From Patellaria atrata CBS 101060 (lineage: Eukaryota): 64,000 nt of DNA. This document shows positions 52,105 to 64,000 of this stretch, piece by piece. The notes under the pieces are model-generated. The model was given only the letters and a program-made list of their open reading frames with translations, made no database searches and had not been told where the DNA came from. The stretch covers positions 2,100,022-2,164,021 of the forward strand of contig MU006090.1 of NCBI GenBank assembly GCA_010093705.1. The letters are read 5' to 3'. Position 1 is the stretch's first letter, and each line of letters begins with the position of its first letter. The position numbers and the translations under genes were made by a program.

Positions 52105-54417
52105 TCACCTTGATTCCTGTAGATTTAGCCAACTCATATCCTGAGGACCAATATCTCTACCTTTGCCCGGAGGGCCTTGGAGAAAGGTGGGCTGAGGTGG
52201 TCTTGGGAACATTGTCGCAGTGCTATCCCTTGTATCTGAGGGCATAGGCGGTGCGAAAAGTGACGTTGCAGTACTCTTCGAGGGATCCACGGAACTCGAG
52301 GTATCGGTAAGGTAGAAGGATGAGGTCGTGTCTCTGTGCATATGACTGCCTCTGTTGCTGTCGGTGTAGACACTGCTGACCGGTCGGCGAGATTCCCAGG
52401 CTGCTTCCTGACCCACAGGAGACCAAACCGATTCACCCTTGTGGCCGGCAGAATATTCTTTTGAGTGTCTGCTAATGCTGGAAACACTGCTCGCATTGCT
52501 GCTAGCTCGCCCAAGCTCCGCTGTCATTCCTTCGTGGACATTTACCCCTGTGCTCCTCAAGTCTTCTCGTGAGTGGCCAATTGTCGGGCTACCAGTCGCA
52601 ACCCGACTTAGTCTATTGCCATCAAACTTGGCAAAGTTAAGATCTAGAGGTGGAATTACTGCTGTAGGGGGGTGGCTATATTGAGATTGACTCGCATTAG
52701 ACGTGCGGTCAGACGCATAAGTCGATCGGCCGGATGGCATCGAGGCTAGGTTTGTGGCTTCATTATTTGTAAAGTACCGACTCCAGCCTGAGCTTCGACT
52801 ACGTGTTGGTGCCGCTGCAGTAGGCGGAGCCACCATGGAAGAATATACAGGTAATGCTGTGGTGTTCGTAGGTGGCGCCAACATGTCTTTGTTCTTGACT
52901 GCAAGGCCACCTTGATCCCTTATCTGCGCCATCTCAAGAGGATCATTGATACCAAGCGGGCTCTTTTTCTTGGGAACAAGGTTAGTCGTACTTGCATCAC
53001 TCCCAAGAGGCCCTACTCCACGTTTATGACCATTGGTAACGCGGCCTGATATGATAGCAAGGGAGCTATGTGAATTATTATTCGAAGGGGCAGGTCCACG
53101 AGCATCTGACTTCATGTCTGTCCCTATGTCAGCAAAGCTGAGTCGATTATTCTCTTTTTCGTTAATATATCCATTTTGTCGTTTTCTTCGTTCTCGTTTA
53201 CATCGAATAAGAAGTAATAGTATGATAAGTATGGCAGCGATGCCAAAGATAGCCCCGAGAGTAGCCCCAAGAACAGTGAGCATTCGAGATCTGTTTTGTC
53301 CGGCTGCCGGTGCTGCGGGTGTTACGGTTGATGATGCTGGTGTAGACGTGGGTGAGGGAGTAGTATTAGATGATCCGATGGAAGATGTCGGTTCCGATTG
53401 GACTATAACCCGTTCACCAGCGAAGAATTGAGTGGCGTTTAGCCACGCGTTGTTTCGCTCATCAAACATACACAATGGATCGCTTCTGCTGCCACCAGTT
53501 ATGACCGCACGTCCAGTTTCATCCTGTGCTACCGAAAAACCAGAACGTCTTGTGAGGGGAGCTAATGTGTCGTTGTATGACGGCCAGTTGGAAATCTCCA
53601 GTTGTCTCTTCCGTTTCCTAGATTGAGAATCTCCAACTGTCTGACCGGGAGTAGCGGGTGCACCGCCAGCCGTTAATAAAGCAATGCGTCTGACAACATT
53701 CGGTGAGACACCCATGTTATAAGACTCCAGTACTTTACTACCGTCATCGCCACGGATGAGGGTACATTGAACGGTATTCTGGTCCTGTATTCCCTCAGCA
53801 AGCGTGACACCAGTATTTCTCCATCCTTCGGTAGGGTTGAAGGTATAGACGAAATTGTTACCGGCGTCACCACCGATCATGACAGCACTGTCTCTATCCC
53901 ATGGTAGCAGCATAGGGTTGACGGTCGGTGGTGCGGAAGAGCTGTACGCTTCTACACCGTATGGTTCTAAAGTGGAGATAACGAATGTCTGCGACGAAGG
54001 TCCAGTCTCACCTGTGGTCTGAGATCCAGCGTATACAAAGATAGATGCGGAACCATTTAAATATGCTGCAGCGTGGTTTTGGCGGTTTTGCGTGACGGGT
54101 ACCACAGGTGTGATGGTTTCCCATTTTTCCGTCGCAAACACGTATCTCTGAAGGCCTGGGTAATCGGTCACGGATGAGTTTGTTGCTCCACCGACAATAT
54201 ATAGTGCAGCTGGCGATCTCCTATCTTGCGGTGTTGCTTTTACGCATGCTCCTCCAGTTACAGATACGCCCATCGGCTTCTGTGTCCACTCCCCTCCCTC
54301 TTCCAGTGGTAACGCTTGGAAAGCATCGGGTGAATAAGCGTATAGAACTCCATTATAGATAATAGTACAATGACCGTTCAGCTCGACCTCAGGTCGAGGC
54401 GGTGACGATGACGACAT
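52105..54417 (-). CDS. Single-pass membrane protein with N-terminal kelch/galactose-oxidase-like beta-propeller and disordered cytoplasmic tail
   Basis: YIVGG, FVYAG, MIGG and ITGG kelch-like repeats; S/T stalk; TM VLGATLGAIFGIAAILIILLLLI followed by basic RCKRERRKR. Confidence 0.8.
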   Translation of the reverse strand: MSSSSPPRPEVELNGHCTIIYNGVLYAYSPDAFQALPLEEGGEWTQKPMGVSVTGGACVKATPQDRRSPAALYIVGGATNSSVTDYPGLQRYVFATEKWETITPVVPVTQNRQNHAAAYLNGSASIFVYAGSQTTGETGPSSQTFVISTLEPYGVEAYSSSAPPTVNPMLLPWDRDSAVMIGGDAGNNFVYTFNPTEGWRNTGVTLAEGIQDQNTVQCTLIRGDDGSKVLESYNMGVSPNVVRRIALLTAGGAPATPGQTVGDSQSRKRKRQLEISNWPSYNDTLAPLTRRSGFSVAQDETGRAVITGGSRSDPLCMFDERNNAWLNATQFFAGERVIVQSEPTSSIGSSNTTPSPTSTPASSTVTPAAPAAGQNRSRMLTVLGATLGAIFGIAAILIILLLLIRCKRERRKRQNGYINEKENNRLSFADIGTDMKSDARGPAPSNNNSHSSLAIISGRVTNGHKRGVGPLGSDASTTNLVPKKKSPLGINDPLEMAQIRDQGGLAVKNKDMLAPPTNTTALPVYSSMVAPPTAAAPTRSRSSGWSRYFTNNEATNLASMPSGRSTYASDRTSNASQSQYSHPPTAVIPPLDLNFAKFDGNRLSRVATGSPTIGHSREDLRSTGVNVHEGMTAELGRASSNASSVSSISRHSKEYSAGHKGESVWSPVGQEAAWESRRPVSSVYTDSNRGSHMHRDTTSSFYLTDTSSSVDPSKSTATSLFAPPMPSDTRDSTATMFPRPPQPTFLQGPPGKGRDIGPQDMSWLNLQESR

Positions 54418-57400
54418 GGTGTGTATAGTATGAATAATAGCGGATGGTATCCGGTATGGGGTATAAGATCAACGACTACCAATAAGTCGCAGTAACGATA
54501 TCAGCGGATGAAGTTATGCGGTTGTCAATATCCAGGACCCAGTAAATTCATGTCGAGATGGAGTCGTAATGGAGTCGTGTGGTGGTACCTTCCTAATGGT
54601 GCGTTGGCGACGGTATAGGTGCCTTCCTTTCTTCTTACAAACTCCAAGAATAGATGTTTCCTCAAAGACTTTTCTGCCTCCTCTTTACCAGATCTACTTT
54701 TTTGTTCGAATACGTAGTACCCTCAATGCATGTCCACAGCATGAATTGTTCCGTTTTGTTTCTTATGCGCTACGCCTCTTGGCCGTTCGTGTCCACGATG
54801 TCGAACCAAACAACCAGATTGCGATTTCCAGAGCGAGACGGGAGTTCATCAAATGTGTTGTTATGGGTTAGGGTGCGATTGTCGAGGTCGAATTACGTCG
54901 TAACGATGGTGTAAAGAGCGATTGATTGCGCTGGATGGAAGTGGTGTAGAGAATGTCGAAGGGTGAGGGTTTTGGTCGTCTAAGAGATGGGAAGGGGGGT
55001 GTTAGAGATTGAAACACCAGACCACACCCACGGCGGAAAGATCCCTACTCTGTCAAAGAGCACGCTTGGGTGGTTAAGAGAGTGAAGAATTGGACTGGAA
55101 AAAAGAACGAGTTGACGGTACGAATGGTAACGGTAAATGTGGTGGACCGTAAGGAGGGAGTATCGTTGACCTGGACGCAGCTGCAGAGGCAAAAGACGAA
55201 AAGGAAGAGAGAGCTGTACGAACTACGAGTCTACCGATGGGTGCACAGGTGCATCGAAGAGACAGAGCGAGCCCACAGCCCAGGCGAAACTCTCAACTCT
55301 CAACTCTCACGAAAAGTTGCAGCGAGTCGCAGCGAGTCACAGCGACTGCAGGCCAGGTCTTGGGGGGTGATGAGAAAGTTCAGGGGGGGTGTCTGTCCCA
55401 GGGAAGGCCCAGGGGAGACCTGTGTTCCTGTAAGCTCTTTCGTCAAACTGTCGGCCTGTTGGTCGATTGTTGGGCCACACAGGCCATTTTCCCCCTCGAC
55501 TAGGCAAAATTCGGATCTTTAGGCGTCTTAGGCGTTTTCGAGCTGCATCCAGCTGCTTCACCACTATTCAGAATTCGCTACTAACCCTGCCTAATCCTCT
55601 CTAAAAGTAAGGTATGAAAGAACACGAGATTTCTCCATTCCACGATTCACGGGACGATTTCGTGACCAGTCCGGAACGAACACAACTCGAAATGCTACTT
55701 GGTTGCTTCACAGATGAACATCAAAGAGTACAAGACCTCGGAGTTGGAATATTGGTTTACCGCATTTACGAAAGATGCGGTACGCTGTCAAACCAGAAAT
55801 TCTCATTCAGCATCTGAGCATCTGCAACATCGTACAGTATTCAGTGTAAGCGGTACTTTATCAGTAAAAACGCTCTCAAGCTCTGAACATTATTGTCACT
55901 CTACAGAAGTATCAAACCCCCTTTTTGGAGTATCTCGTTAGTATCACTCAACCCACTTGAATGCTTCAGCAATACTTTAGAGGCATATACTCTCTTCAAG
56001 TGATATAGATGTATCCGTCAAGTACCGTAGTGATCATCCCAATTGACAATTTTCCTAGCTCTTTCTCATTCTGATTTCACAACAGCAAATCGAAGATGCT
56101 CCGAGAGTGCCAGGACAAAGGAAATAACTACATCATGCGTCATGACATGTAGATTCAAATCAAAAAAAAATAAAATACAGCAGCTCAAGGGTGTTTTTGT
56201 ACTTATCGGCGTGTTTCCTCAATGCACATTTATCAAACAATAGTGGAACGTTTTTTCTTCGACCTTGGCGACTCGCTAGACCGTTTCGAGCATATAATTC
56301 GGGGGTAGCACAGCAGGACATGCGCAGGATTACAGGAACAAGGAAAGCTCACGGCACATAGTGCGCCTTAACCGACTTCTCCGACCAGGAAGTTGAAAGA
56401 AACGATGTCTGCGAGCCGGCTCCACTCAGTTCAAGTCTTCAACTTTTGTTAAACAGTTTGCTCGAGTCTCCTAAATTTCAAAACGCAGTAGTTGACGATG
56501 AAAACTACGCGCGGGAACTCTCCAAGGAGATAGTTCCACTTCTTCGCCTCATGAACTTCTCATGACTTATCATGTTTCGTACAGTGCTCTACACGCAACG
56601 CATAAACCGTAGAATCACGGTTTCCACCAAATATAGGCGTTTCCCTTCGTTTCCAAATGCCGTACGACTATAAAGTTTGTAATAATCCATTCGACAGTCA
56701 GAATAAAGTCAGTATTAAAGAGAGCTATCGCGCGGGATCACATCACATCAGCACCTTATCTATTCGAGGATATCGTCCCGTTGAGACTTTCCTCTGCTTA
56801 CCGCGCGCCATCCCCGAGCGCCGTCACTTTTCCCATCACCAAATTCACCATCACCACTCTATCACCGCAGAACTAATCCCTCTACCTTTTAATCTTTTTT
56901 CTTCTTTGCAAAAATGTTCTTTTGTCGGTGTGGATGAGTTCTTTTCTTCCATTCTCGTTGGCTAGAATCAAAAATATTAACCTTTACCGACAGTTCGTAA
57001 AATCTGGGGAAGTCGTATAATTCAATATCGAGGCAATTTTGCCAGAAGCGAAGCAACTGCACAGATTAACTTGCATGGCACACACACGGTGCACCAGAAG
57101 CTCGTCCCCAAGCAGTTTCCCAACACCAACTCAAGACCACGTTGCTCTCACACATCATCAATCTATGTGAAGCAGCGCGGGATTCTTACTCTGCTCCTTC
57201 TCCTCTCTCGTCAGATCCCACCCCGCCAAAAGTATCGTGAGTTTCCTTTTTGGTAACATTTGAATACAAATAAAAGTACAAGTACAACCGAGGCGTTGGC
57301 TGCGCGATGATGCGGGGCAATATCATCCTCTAGCTGCCCTGCTGTAGGGATGCATATTAAGTCATAAGCGTAACTATCCTCGTTTACATTCTCTAGATCG

Positions 57401-59573
57401 ATACGGCAAAGGAGATAGATTATTCTCGCGTGGTAGACATCTAACTTTGCTTACAATATCACCTCTCTTTTGACTGTTCCAGCCCACTCACCACCTTATT
57501 TGTACGATACAGTCATACATACGTAAGAATCGTTTAGGGCTTCATCAGTTTGCTGCCGAGTTTCAGACAATACCCGATGTTCTATGTTCCAGTTGTACAT
57601 CAGAACAGCCAGTTGTATCAACGAAACAAAAGCGACGGAACTATTCTCGAACTCGGAGGATTACTGTCAATATCCAAACTAAATAAATTACTGCTGTACA
57701 GTAGTTGAAGTTTTACATCTGGAACGACTGGTTATATCAAACGAAACAAGAGACGGAATTACTCTTCTCACCTAGGGAAACTACGTTTGGGCCAACAGCT
57801 GGTATTTCTATTACCTCTACCGTATCACCACATAGTCAGTTATAGTTCAATGGAACTTTTTTTTTTTCAGTGGTCCAAACAAACAAATATCGTTCCATAC
57901 CATCTGATTCACACAATGCCTCGGCTACCATCTCACTACCATCCACCAATGCAAACCCCCAGGTTCCAAGCTCCCAATAAGCATGCCTTCCCCCAGAACA
58001 ACCGCATGTCTTCATCAAAAGCCTCCAACAACAATAATATGCATAAACGGTAACAGCAAGAAACAAAAACGTCGGTATCATGATGCCATGATAAAGAGGC
58101 TAGTATCTCGGGAGCGGGAGAGCGCCGAAGACCAAAAAAGAATTCCCCGTACGGTACAAGGTAGGATCCGCAGATCAGCGATCCTTTTAGTCCTCTTCTA
58201 ATTTCCGAACCCTTTTTGTTTTTCTTCTTGCTCGCAGGGGGGAAATAATGATCACGAACGCACGCGCGCGTTTGGCTCGTCGCTCGTGAAGTGTGTGCGC
58301 GTGAATTCCATCCCCGGTTCTAATTGGTGGAATATGTGTTGTATGTAAGGGGGAAATGTTCAATGTTTGCTACAGCACTGTACCGTAGTGATGACGGTTT
58401 GCATTCCGGAGGGCTGGTTCGGCCTAGGGGGTGAGACGTCATTCGGACTGTCGAAAGTGCCATACTCGAACGTCTCACGACATACGTAGAGTGGATTTTG
58501 GGAAGTTTGCCTCTATCTTCAACTCGGTTCTTGGGACTACGGAATCATACCAAGGTAAGGTAGAGTACAGCATTGCCATGCGGAAAGAGCACCTGGATAA
58601 CACGTGGTAGACACATGGGCTCCTCCTTTGGGAATCAGGAATGAGACATGAGGGATTTTAGACGAAGTTGCAATCCCGTGGAAATGGTAAGTAGAAAGCG
58701 AAGGACGACTTGTCAGTCCATGTCGTGCTTTTGTTATCTTTCTAGAGCTTTTCAGCGTTACATCTCAACTTCAGTCATGCGTTTCGTTTGTTCGCTCCAA
58801 ATCGTTACTAAACTATTAAAATTCTTCAGTCTTGAAATGTTTGCTATTCTTTAGTTTCTATACAATGGATGAGGGGACGATCACCTAAGAAGTGACGCGC
58901 TTGCAGAGCGCATTCTAACAATCATGAGCCGATCATTTGATCAAAGTGTACTACTACTGCTATCCATTGTCGAAAGTAGACATTCCTTCCATAGCGTCTG
59001 AAGCCCCTCATCTAGGAATACAACATAGTCTCATGACTCATTTCTTCCCCATCGTCCCCCATCACGGTTTGCATTGGTCTTTCTCTGGACGCTTTGCTGA
59101 ACTAATACTAACATGCTATTCAGTGGAAGTGACAAAAGACTCTACCTTCTCTTTTGGTAGCTTTCCGTAACTTCCTGACTCTCCTATAAGGCAGAGTCAG
59201 AAATTCCTTGGAGAGTTGCTGTACAGCACCCAGACTGACCTTTGATACATCACTTGTACGAGTGAGGATTCCCTATCCATCGTTACCTTTGATACAGTAA
59301 AGTCGGAAATAACTTAAGGAGGTCACATAACTAGGCGAAGAACGTTGAAATGGAAAGGCATGATTTCGGCTCTCTGTTGAGATGTTTGGTGCCCGTGGAT
59401 ATTGTAAGATAGTGTATCTCAACTTCTGACGTATCTCGACTCGACAAAATTCAGGATTTCATTCTATATGAAAAGAATGAGAGCCAAGAAAATGCTGAAT
59501 TCTTCAATCATATAAATCTGAGTTCAGTCTGATATACTCTTCACCTTGCTGCCGCTTGTCATGAAGAATGTCC

Positions 59574-62500
59574 CTACGACGTCGAATCCGTTGTCGTATT
59601 CGAGACCGTCAAAATGTCACTTAGTAGACTGCGAGGATCTCCACTAAAATCAGCCGCGAGGAAATCGCGTGCTACCTGTTCCTAATTCACAAATCATTAG
59701 TCTGCTCATTTCAATCCCAGTACGTTGTGGATAGCTTACGGCATCTTGGAGTTCCGCTGTTTCCGCATCTGGCATGACTGCACATGCGGCAACAAGGTCG
59801 GCACCTCGAGCAGCCAGCAGGATGAGTTCCTCTGCTCGTTGAACAATCTCTGGTCCTACTCCATTCATTGCAGCGCAGCTACAGAACTCTAGTTAGCGGA
59901 GAAGGCCCCTTAGTGCTGAAAAGAGTATGTGTAACGTACCTTGTGCCAAAGCTGGCAATGCTACGTCCCTCACGGAAGCTGTTACAAGCTTAGCATGTAA
60001 TATTATAAGAGGATATAGTTATGCTCATTACTTATAGAGGTAGGTTATCTGGTCTTCAACTTCTTCCGCTAGAGTATCCACCCGAACTTCCATATGACCA
60101 TATTTCAAAGATGGACGGGGCTGAAGATATCCATTCTCGAAAATTTCTTTTTAAATTTCAGCAAGATATTCTCCAACCCCTAATAAACTATTAAAGTTAT
60201 GAAGCTTACCATGGAAATGGGTCGCACCGAGCACTTTGGGGCGCTCCTCACCTAGCCCTAACAAATACTCGAATACGCCACAAGCTAGGCCAGCACCATC
60301 TACTTCTCCGTGAGTAATAGAAGAGTAACAGTCAAGCATACCCTTACCGTTCGAGTCAGTACCTTTGCCGAACTCATCGATGATGAGTAGACTACGGCGA
60401 GTGGAGAGGCTCAAAGCTAGAGATATCTGCTGTAAATCAATCATGAATGCACTTTGAATCTTCTATTGTTAACTCCGGGTTTTTTGTTCTAGGCGACTAG
60501 AGTTACCCTTGAAACTGATTCCCGTGTTGCAATTCTAGTCAGGATCTTGTCGGTCAATCCGATCTTTGCGGACTCAGCGGGTATGAAGCTACTAGTGTTA
60601 GCTCTAATATCCCTTGATACTCAACGAGAGCGCATTATACCTTCCTACGTGCGCCATGTATACTATTAGAGCAACCTGCTTTAAGTATATGCTCTTGCCG
60701 GAAAAGTTCGGGCCGGTCATAATGAGCACGCTGGGTCCGTGAGGTCTTGCTTTGCTGTTTCTCTTCGAGGTTTTTGGAACGGTAGTACCAGGGCTTACCT
60801 CCGTATTATCTTGACCCAGGTCATCATTGTCACCCGGTCCTCCAACCAAGAACGTGTCGTTGGCGACGAATGAGGGAACGGTAAGTTCTTGTAGAAGGTG
60901 ACTATGCGGTGAGTATTACAGTTCCTCGAACTAGAAAGAGATCTACTCACCGACCACCTTTGATCCAGATGATGTTGCCTTCAATTATGCGTGGTCTACT
61001 CAATTTATGTATCTTCGCGCCCTGGGCGAGGGCTAACAAGCTATGGGAAGCATCGTGAGACTTGACGTTTAGTATTTTGACTCATACGTACCTATCTAGC
61101 TCACCGCAAATGTCTGATGCTGATGTTAGAAGTTCTTCGAACTGAACCACATGTTGCGCCAGCTCGTGCACGATTTCGATCTCCCTGTCTAAGAGAAGAG
61201 TAGGCGTCAAGCATTGTACGTTATGAACATGCGTACTAAGCTTACCGCATATGAGACTGTGCATGTCACCGAAGTGATCATCCATCTCTAGCATTTCCGG
61301 GCTCTTGTAATACACGGCATTTCTAGTCGATATTGTTAACTTACTCTCCCGAAACCATATAAAACATCTCGGTACTAACTCCGTGGTAAACATGCGTACC
61401 CATGGTTCGTCAACACTACCTTCATACATACCGTGACCTGTATTGTCCACTGGTGGTTGGGTGATGAGGAACCCGATCTGAGGGAAGAATATGACATTGA
61501 AATCTTGGCCCAATCCAGCAGGGACTTGATCAGCAATGCTCTTAGCTGCTTGTGAGAGTATACTCTCGAGGCCGTCGTAGACATGCTTCATGTTGTCCAA
61601 TTCTTCGTCCACTCCCGGTAGGACAACCGTTCGATGGTGGATAGCAGACTCTTCAAAATCGACCTAATCTTTTAGAGTAGTCTTGGGGAAGGATAATAGG
61701 ACATACTATTTCACTGATTTTGCGACCTATTTGGGCAAGGTGATATTCTTCGAACTTTTCATAGATCTAGAGCACTGTCAGGTCCATCAGAATATCGAAC
61801 ACTTAGCATGGTTACTTTATTCCGGATCCCAAGTTGTTCAGCACCATCGAGCTCCTTGAAGATATCCTTGATCTTCAGTGCATGGAAAACGAACTAAAGC
61901 CCGTCTAGTCAGCAGCACGAAGTGAACAAGACGTGTGACTGAGCAATAAAACACGAACCAGGGGTAGAACTTACTGCGCGTATTTGACTCCATAATCCGC
62001 GTGATATCGACTTACCTTTTCCAGTATTATTACTAACCCCTTTTCGAAGATTGATCATGACTACCCTTAAATTGTTAACATTTTTTAGGTTCTTTACTAG
62101 ACCATCGAGATGTTCTGTGTTGTCGGGTCGGACGAAGAAGGAGATAGTATTCAATCGCTCTTTGATGACTTGAACATTCATACTGGGACGCAGAAAGTAT
62201 TGGCGGAGTAAATATTTCCCCTGTGGCGTTCGTGCTAGATGATGAAATAAACCATAGATCGAAAGACCTTCCTTCGATCCTGATGTTGCTTTCGTAGGGC
62301 CTTGATTGTGCGAGTGTGGATGACTCTCGGATTGCATTATCTGTAACGAAAGTAGAGTGTCCGCATTAATGAACCTGTACGGAAATCTTATTACTTCCCC
62401 TGATAGCTCTTATAACAGCCTCGTGACTTACATAGAGTCTTTAAGAGTGTACATTTCGATCGTCGAGATCCTGAACATGGCACTAGCAGCTCTGTCGCCG

Positions 62501-63427
62501 GGTAGATATGCTGTTGCTCTTCTTCTTTGCAGGTAGGAGATGACAGCACCTGCACACCCGACAGTAAGACGACTCTCTACGTCAACCCAACCCGAGAGTC
62601 GTAATAAAAGGCCCTGTTGCCCAGTTCCTTTGCCATCACCACCTCCGTCCTCTCCTGTAACGTCACCAGGGACGACAAATGTGACATGTGGACCCGCAGC
62701 TGAACCAATGTTTAAATTGGCAAGCTTGTTCTTTGCTGCTTCATAATTGAACTCAGGTGACGGACGGACTTCAAGAAGATACGGTAGTCGAAATTGATCA
62801 TCTGTGGGTACGGTAAGCACTGTAAAAGTGTTTAGCATGCATCATCCGACCTACGGTTACGATTTACGGACCCTCTTTCCCATAGTTCAGGATCCAGTCT
62901 GTCGACAATCTCTTCGTCTATCCTCGTAGACACAAGTATGACCGTCGGGTCTATGTAGGTCTTGACTAGCGAAAGTAAATATAAAAGCTCAAGTCAATAC
63001 TGACTGGCAACTTACGGGAATCAACGACATCCACGCCGCCGAACTTGGCGTCTTCCATGAAGTAAAGTTTCTCCTCATGAGCCACATAGTAGCAACAGCC
63101 AACCGTCCCCAGTTCTCTAAGGTCGACGGCCATGACAACCTCGTTCAATGTGTCGTCATCTTCATTGTCATGGATAGATGCTGGTGACCTCGATGTACCG
63201 TCATTAATAGTACGTTGGTCAACAGTAGATGGAGCATTAGATTCATTTCGCTCAGGAGGGAAGATCTGGACTATTCGACGCGCTGCTTGCGGTCTCGGTG
63301 TCGCTGACGGTTGGGAGGATCGTGGCACTGAGGACCGTGAAGCGGGATTCTGACGGCTGTGACTTGCTATGCTTGAGGAAGTCACAGATTTGCTTTGATT
63401 TCGTTTACGGAAAAAACTGGGAGGCAT
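59574..63427 (-). CDS. MSH5: Meiotic MutS homolog 5
   Basis: [60 protein letters not shown]; many introns; stop TAG at 59574. Confidence 0.93.
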
Positions 63428-63826
63428 TTTGACGGTACGGTCTGGAAAGTGATGAAGAGCTTGAGAGTAAGGTTGATGGGAGATGAAGGGAAGAGGAGAT
63501 GGAGTTCCAAAATAGGAAACAGCAGGACGAGAACCTAAGGTACCTTAGGATCATCAACTAATTCATGGATTGCTTCATAAGGACAGATAACTTCGAAAGA
63601 GATGAGATTTGACCCAAGTAAACTACAGATCTGAACTGGATATATTACGACCTTGATAAACTTACACTTACAATGCCTCTTCCAGGTTAACCTACTCAGA
63701 TACAGAAAAATACCCATACTATACAAAAGCATCGCATACCTACAGGGATACCTGTACTTTAAAACAGATTAAAGAGTAGGAACTCCTTTATGTATTATCA
63801 TCGTGAATATTAAACTCCGCCTCTGG

Positions 63827-64000
63827 CTATGAGTTTGGGTTAATCACATCTAACCCGTCAGCGCCGTCCTTGATAACAACCTTGGCTACATCACCGCTCT
63901 TGATTACGCCACGAATAATCTTATCTGCAAGACTATTGCCGACCTGCTTCGAAATCAAACGATTAAGAGGCCTCGCTCCGTAACGTGGATCGTAGCCCCT
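63827..64000 (-). CDS. HSP78: 3' end of a ClpB/Hsp100 chaperone, probably mitochondrial Hsp78
   Basis: RGYDPRYGARPLNRLISKQVGNSLADKIIRGVIKSGD...NPNS*. Confidence 0.85.
   Translation of the reverse strand, partial: RGYDPRYGARPLNRLISKQVGNSLADKIIRGVIKSGDVAKVVIKDGADGLDVINPNS

Noticed and set aside
54418..54520. Upstream in-frame extension of the kelch-like gene via stop readthrough or A-to-I editing
   Set aside because: A second in-frame stop follows and no ATG or hydrophobic signal is gained; an intron acceptor explains the region better
54863..54873. GGGTTAGGG as a telomerase RNA template (CCCTAACCC on the - strand)
   Set aside because: A single 9-mer in the probable leader of a protein gene; no pseudoknot or CR4/5-like element recognised

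Overview
Gene-dense, intron-containing nuclear DNA of a filamentous ascomycete (Pezizomycotina; introns have GTRAGT-type donors, RCTRAY branch points and YAG acceptors). About 22 protein genes are recognisable: BTB protein, U1-type Zn finger, stomatin-like protein, kynurenine formamidase, GPI protein, two tandem F-box-like/2EXR-type paralogs, a conserved hypothetical, Zn2Cys6 TF, mitochondrial RPL2, B-type cyclin, SFT2, bHLH TF, COX19, NPR3, RRP1, TRM8, GID4/VID24, mago nashi, COPI beta, sphingoid base kinase, a kelch-like membrane protein, MSH5 and the 3' end of HSP78. The strongest hidden signal is invisible to the ORF track. At ~7.8-9.2 kb a non-coding host transcript carries five box C/D snoRNAs, one per intron. 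The core three resemble snR41, snR70 and snR51, and their introns abut at AG|GT junctions with zero-nucleotide exons, which implies recursive or nested splicing. There are also H/ACA-like RNAs in two long SFT2 introns and an orphan structured RNA near 12.6-12.8 kb. All homology and rRNA-target calls come from my recall of conserved sequences, not from database searches.
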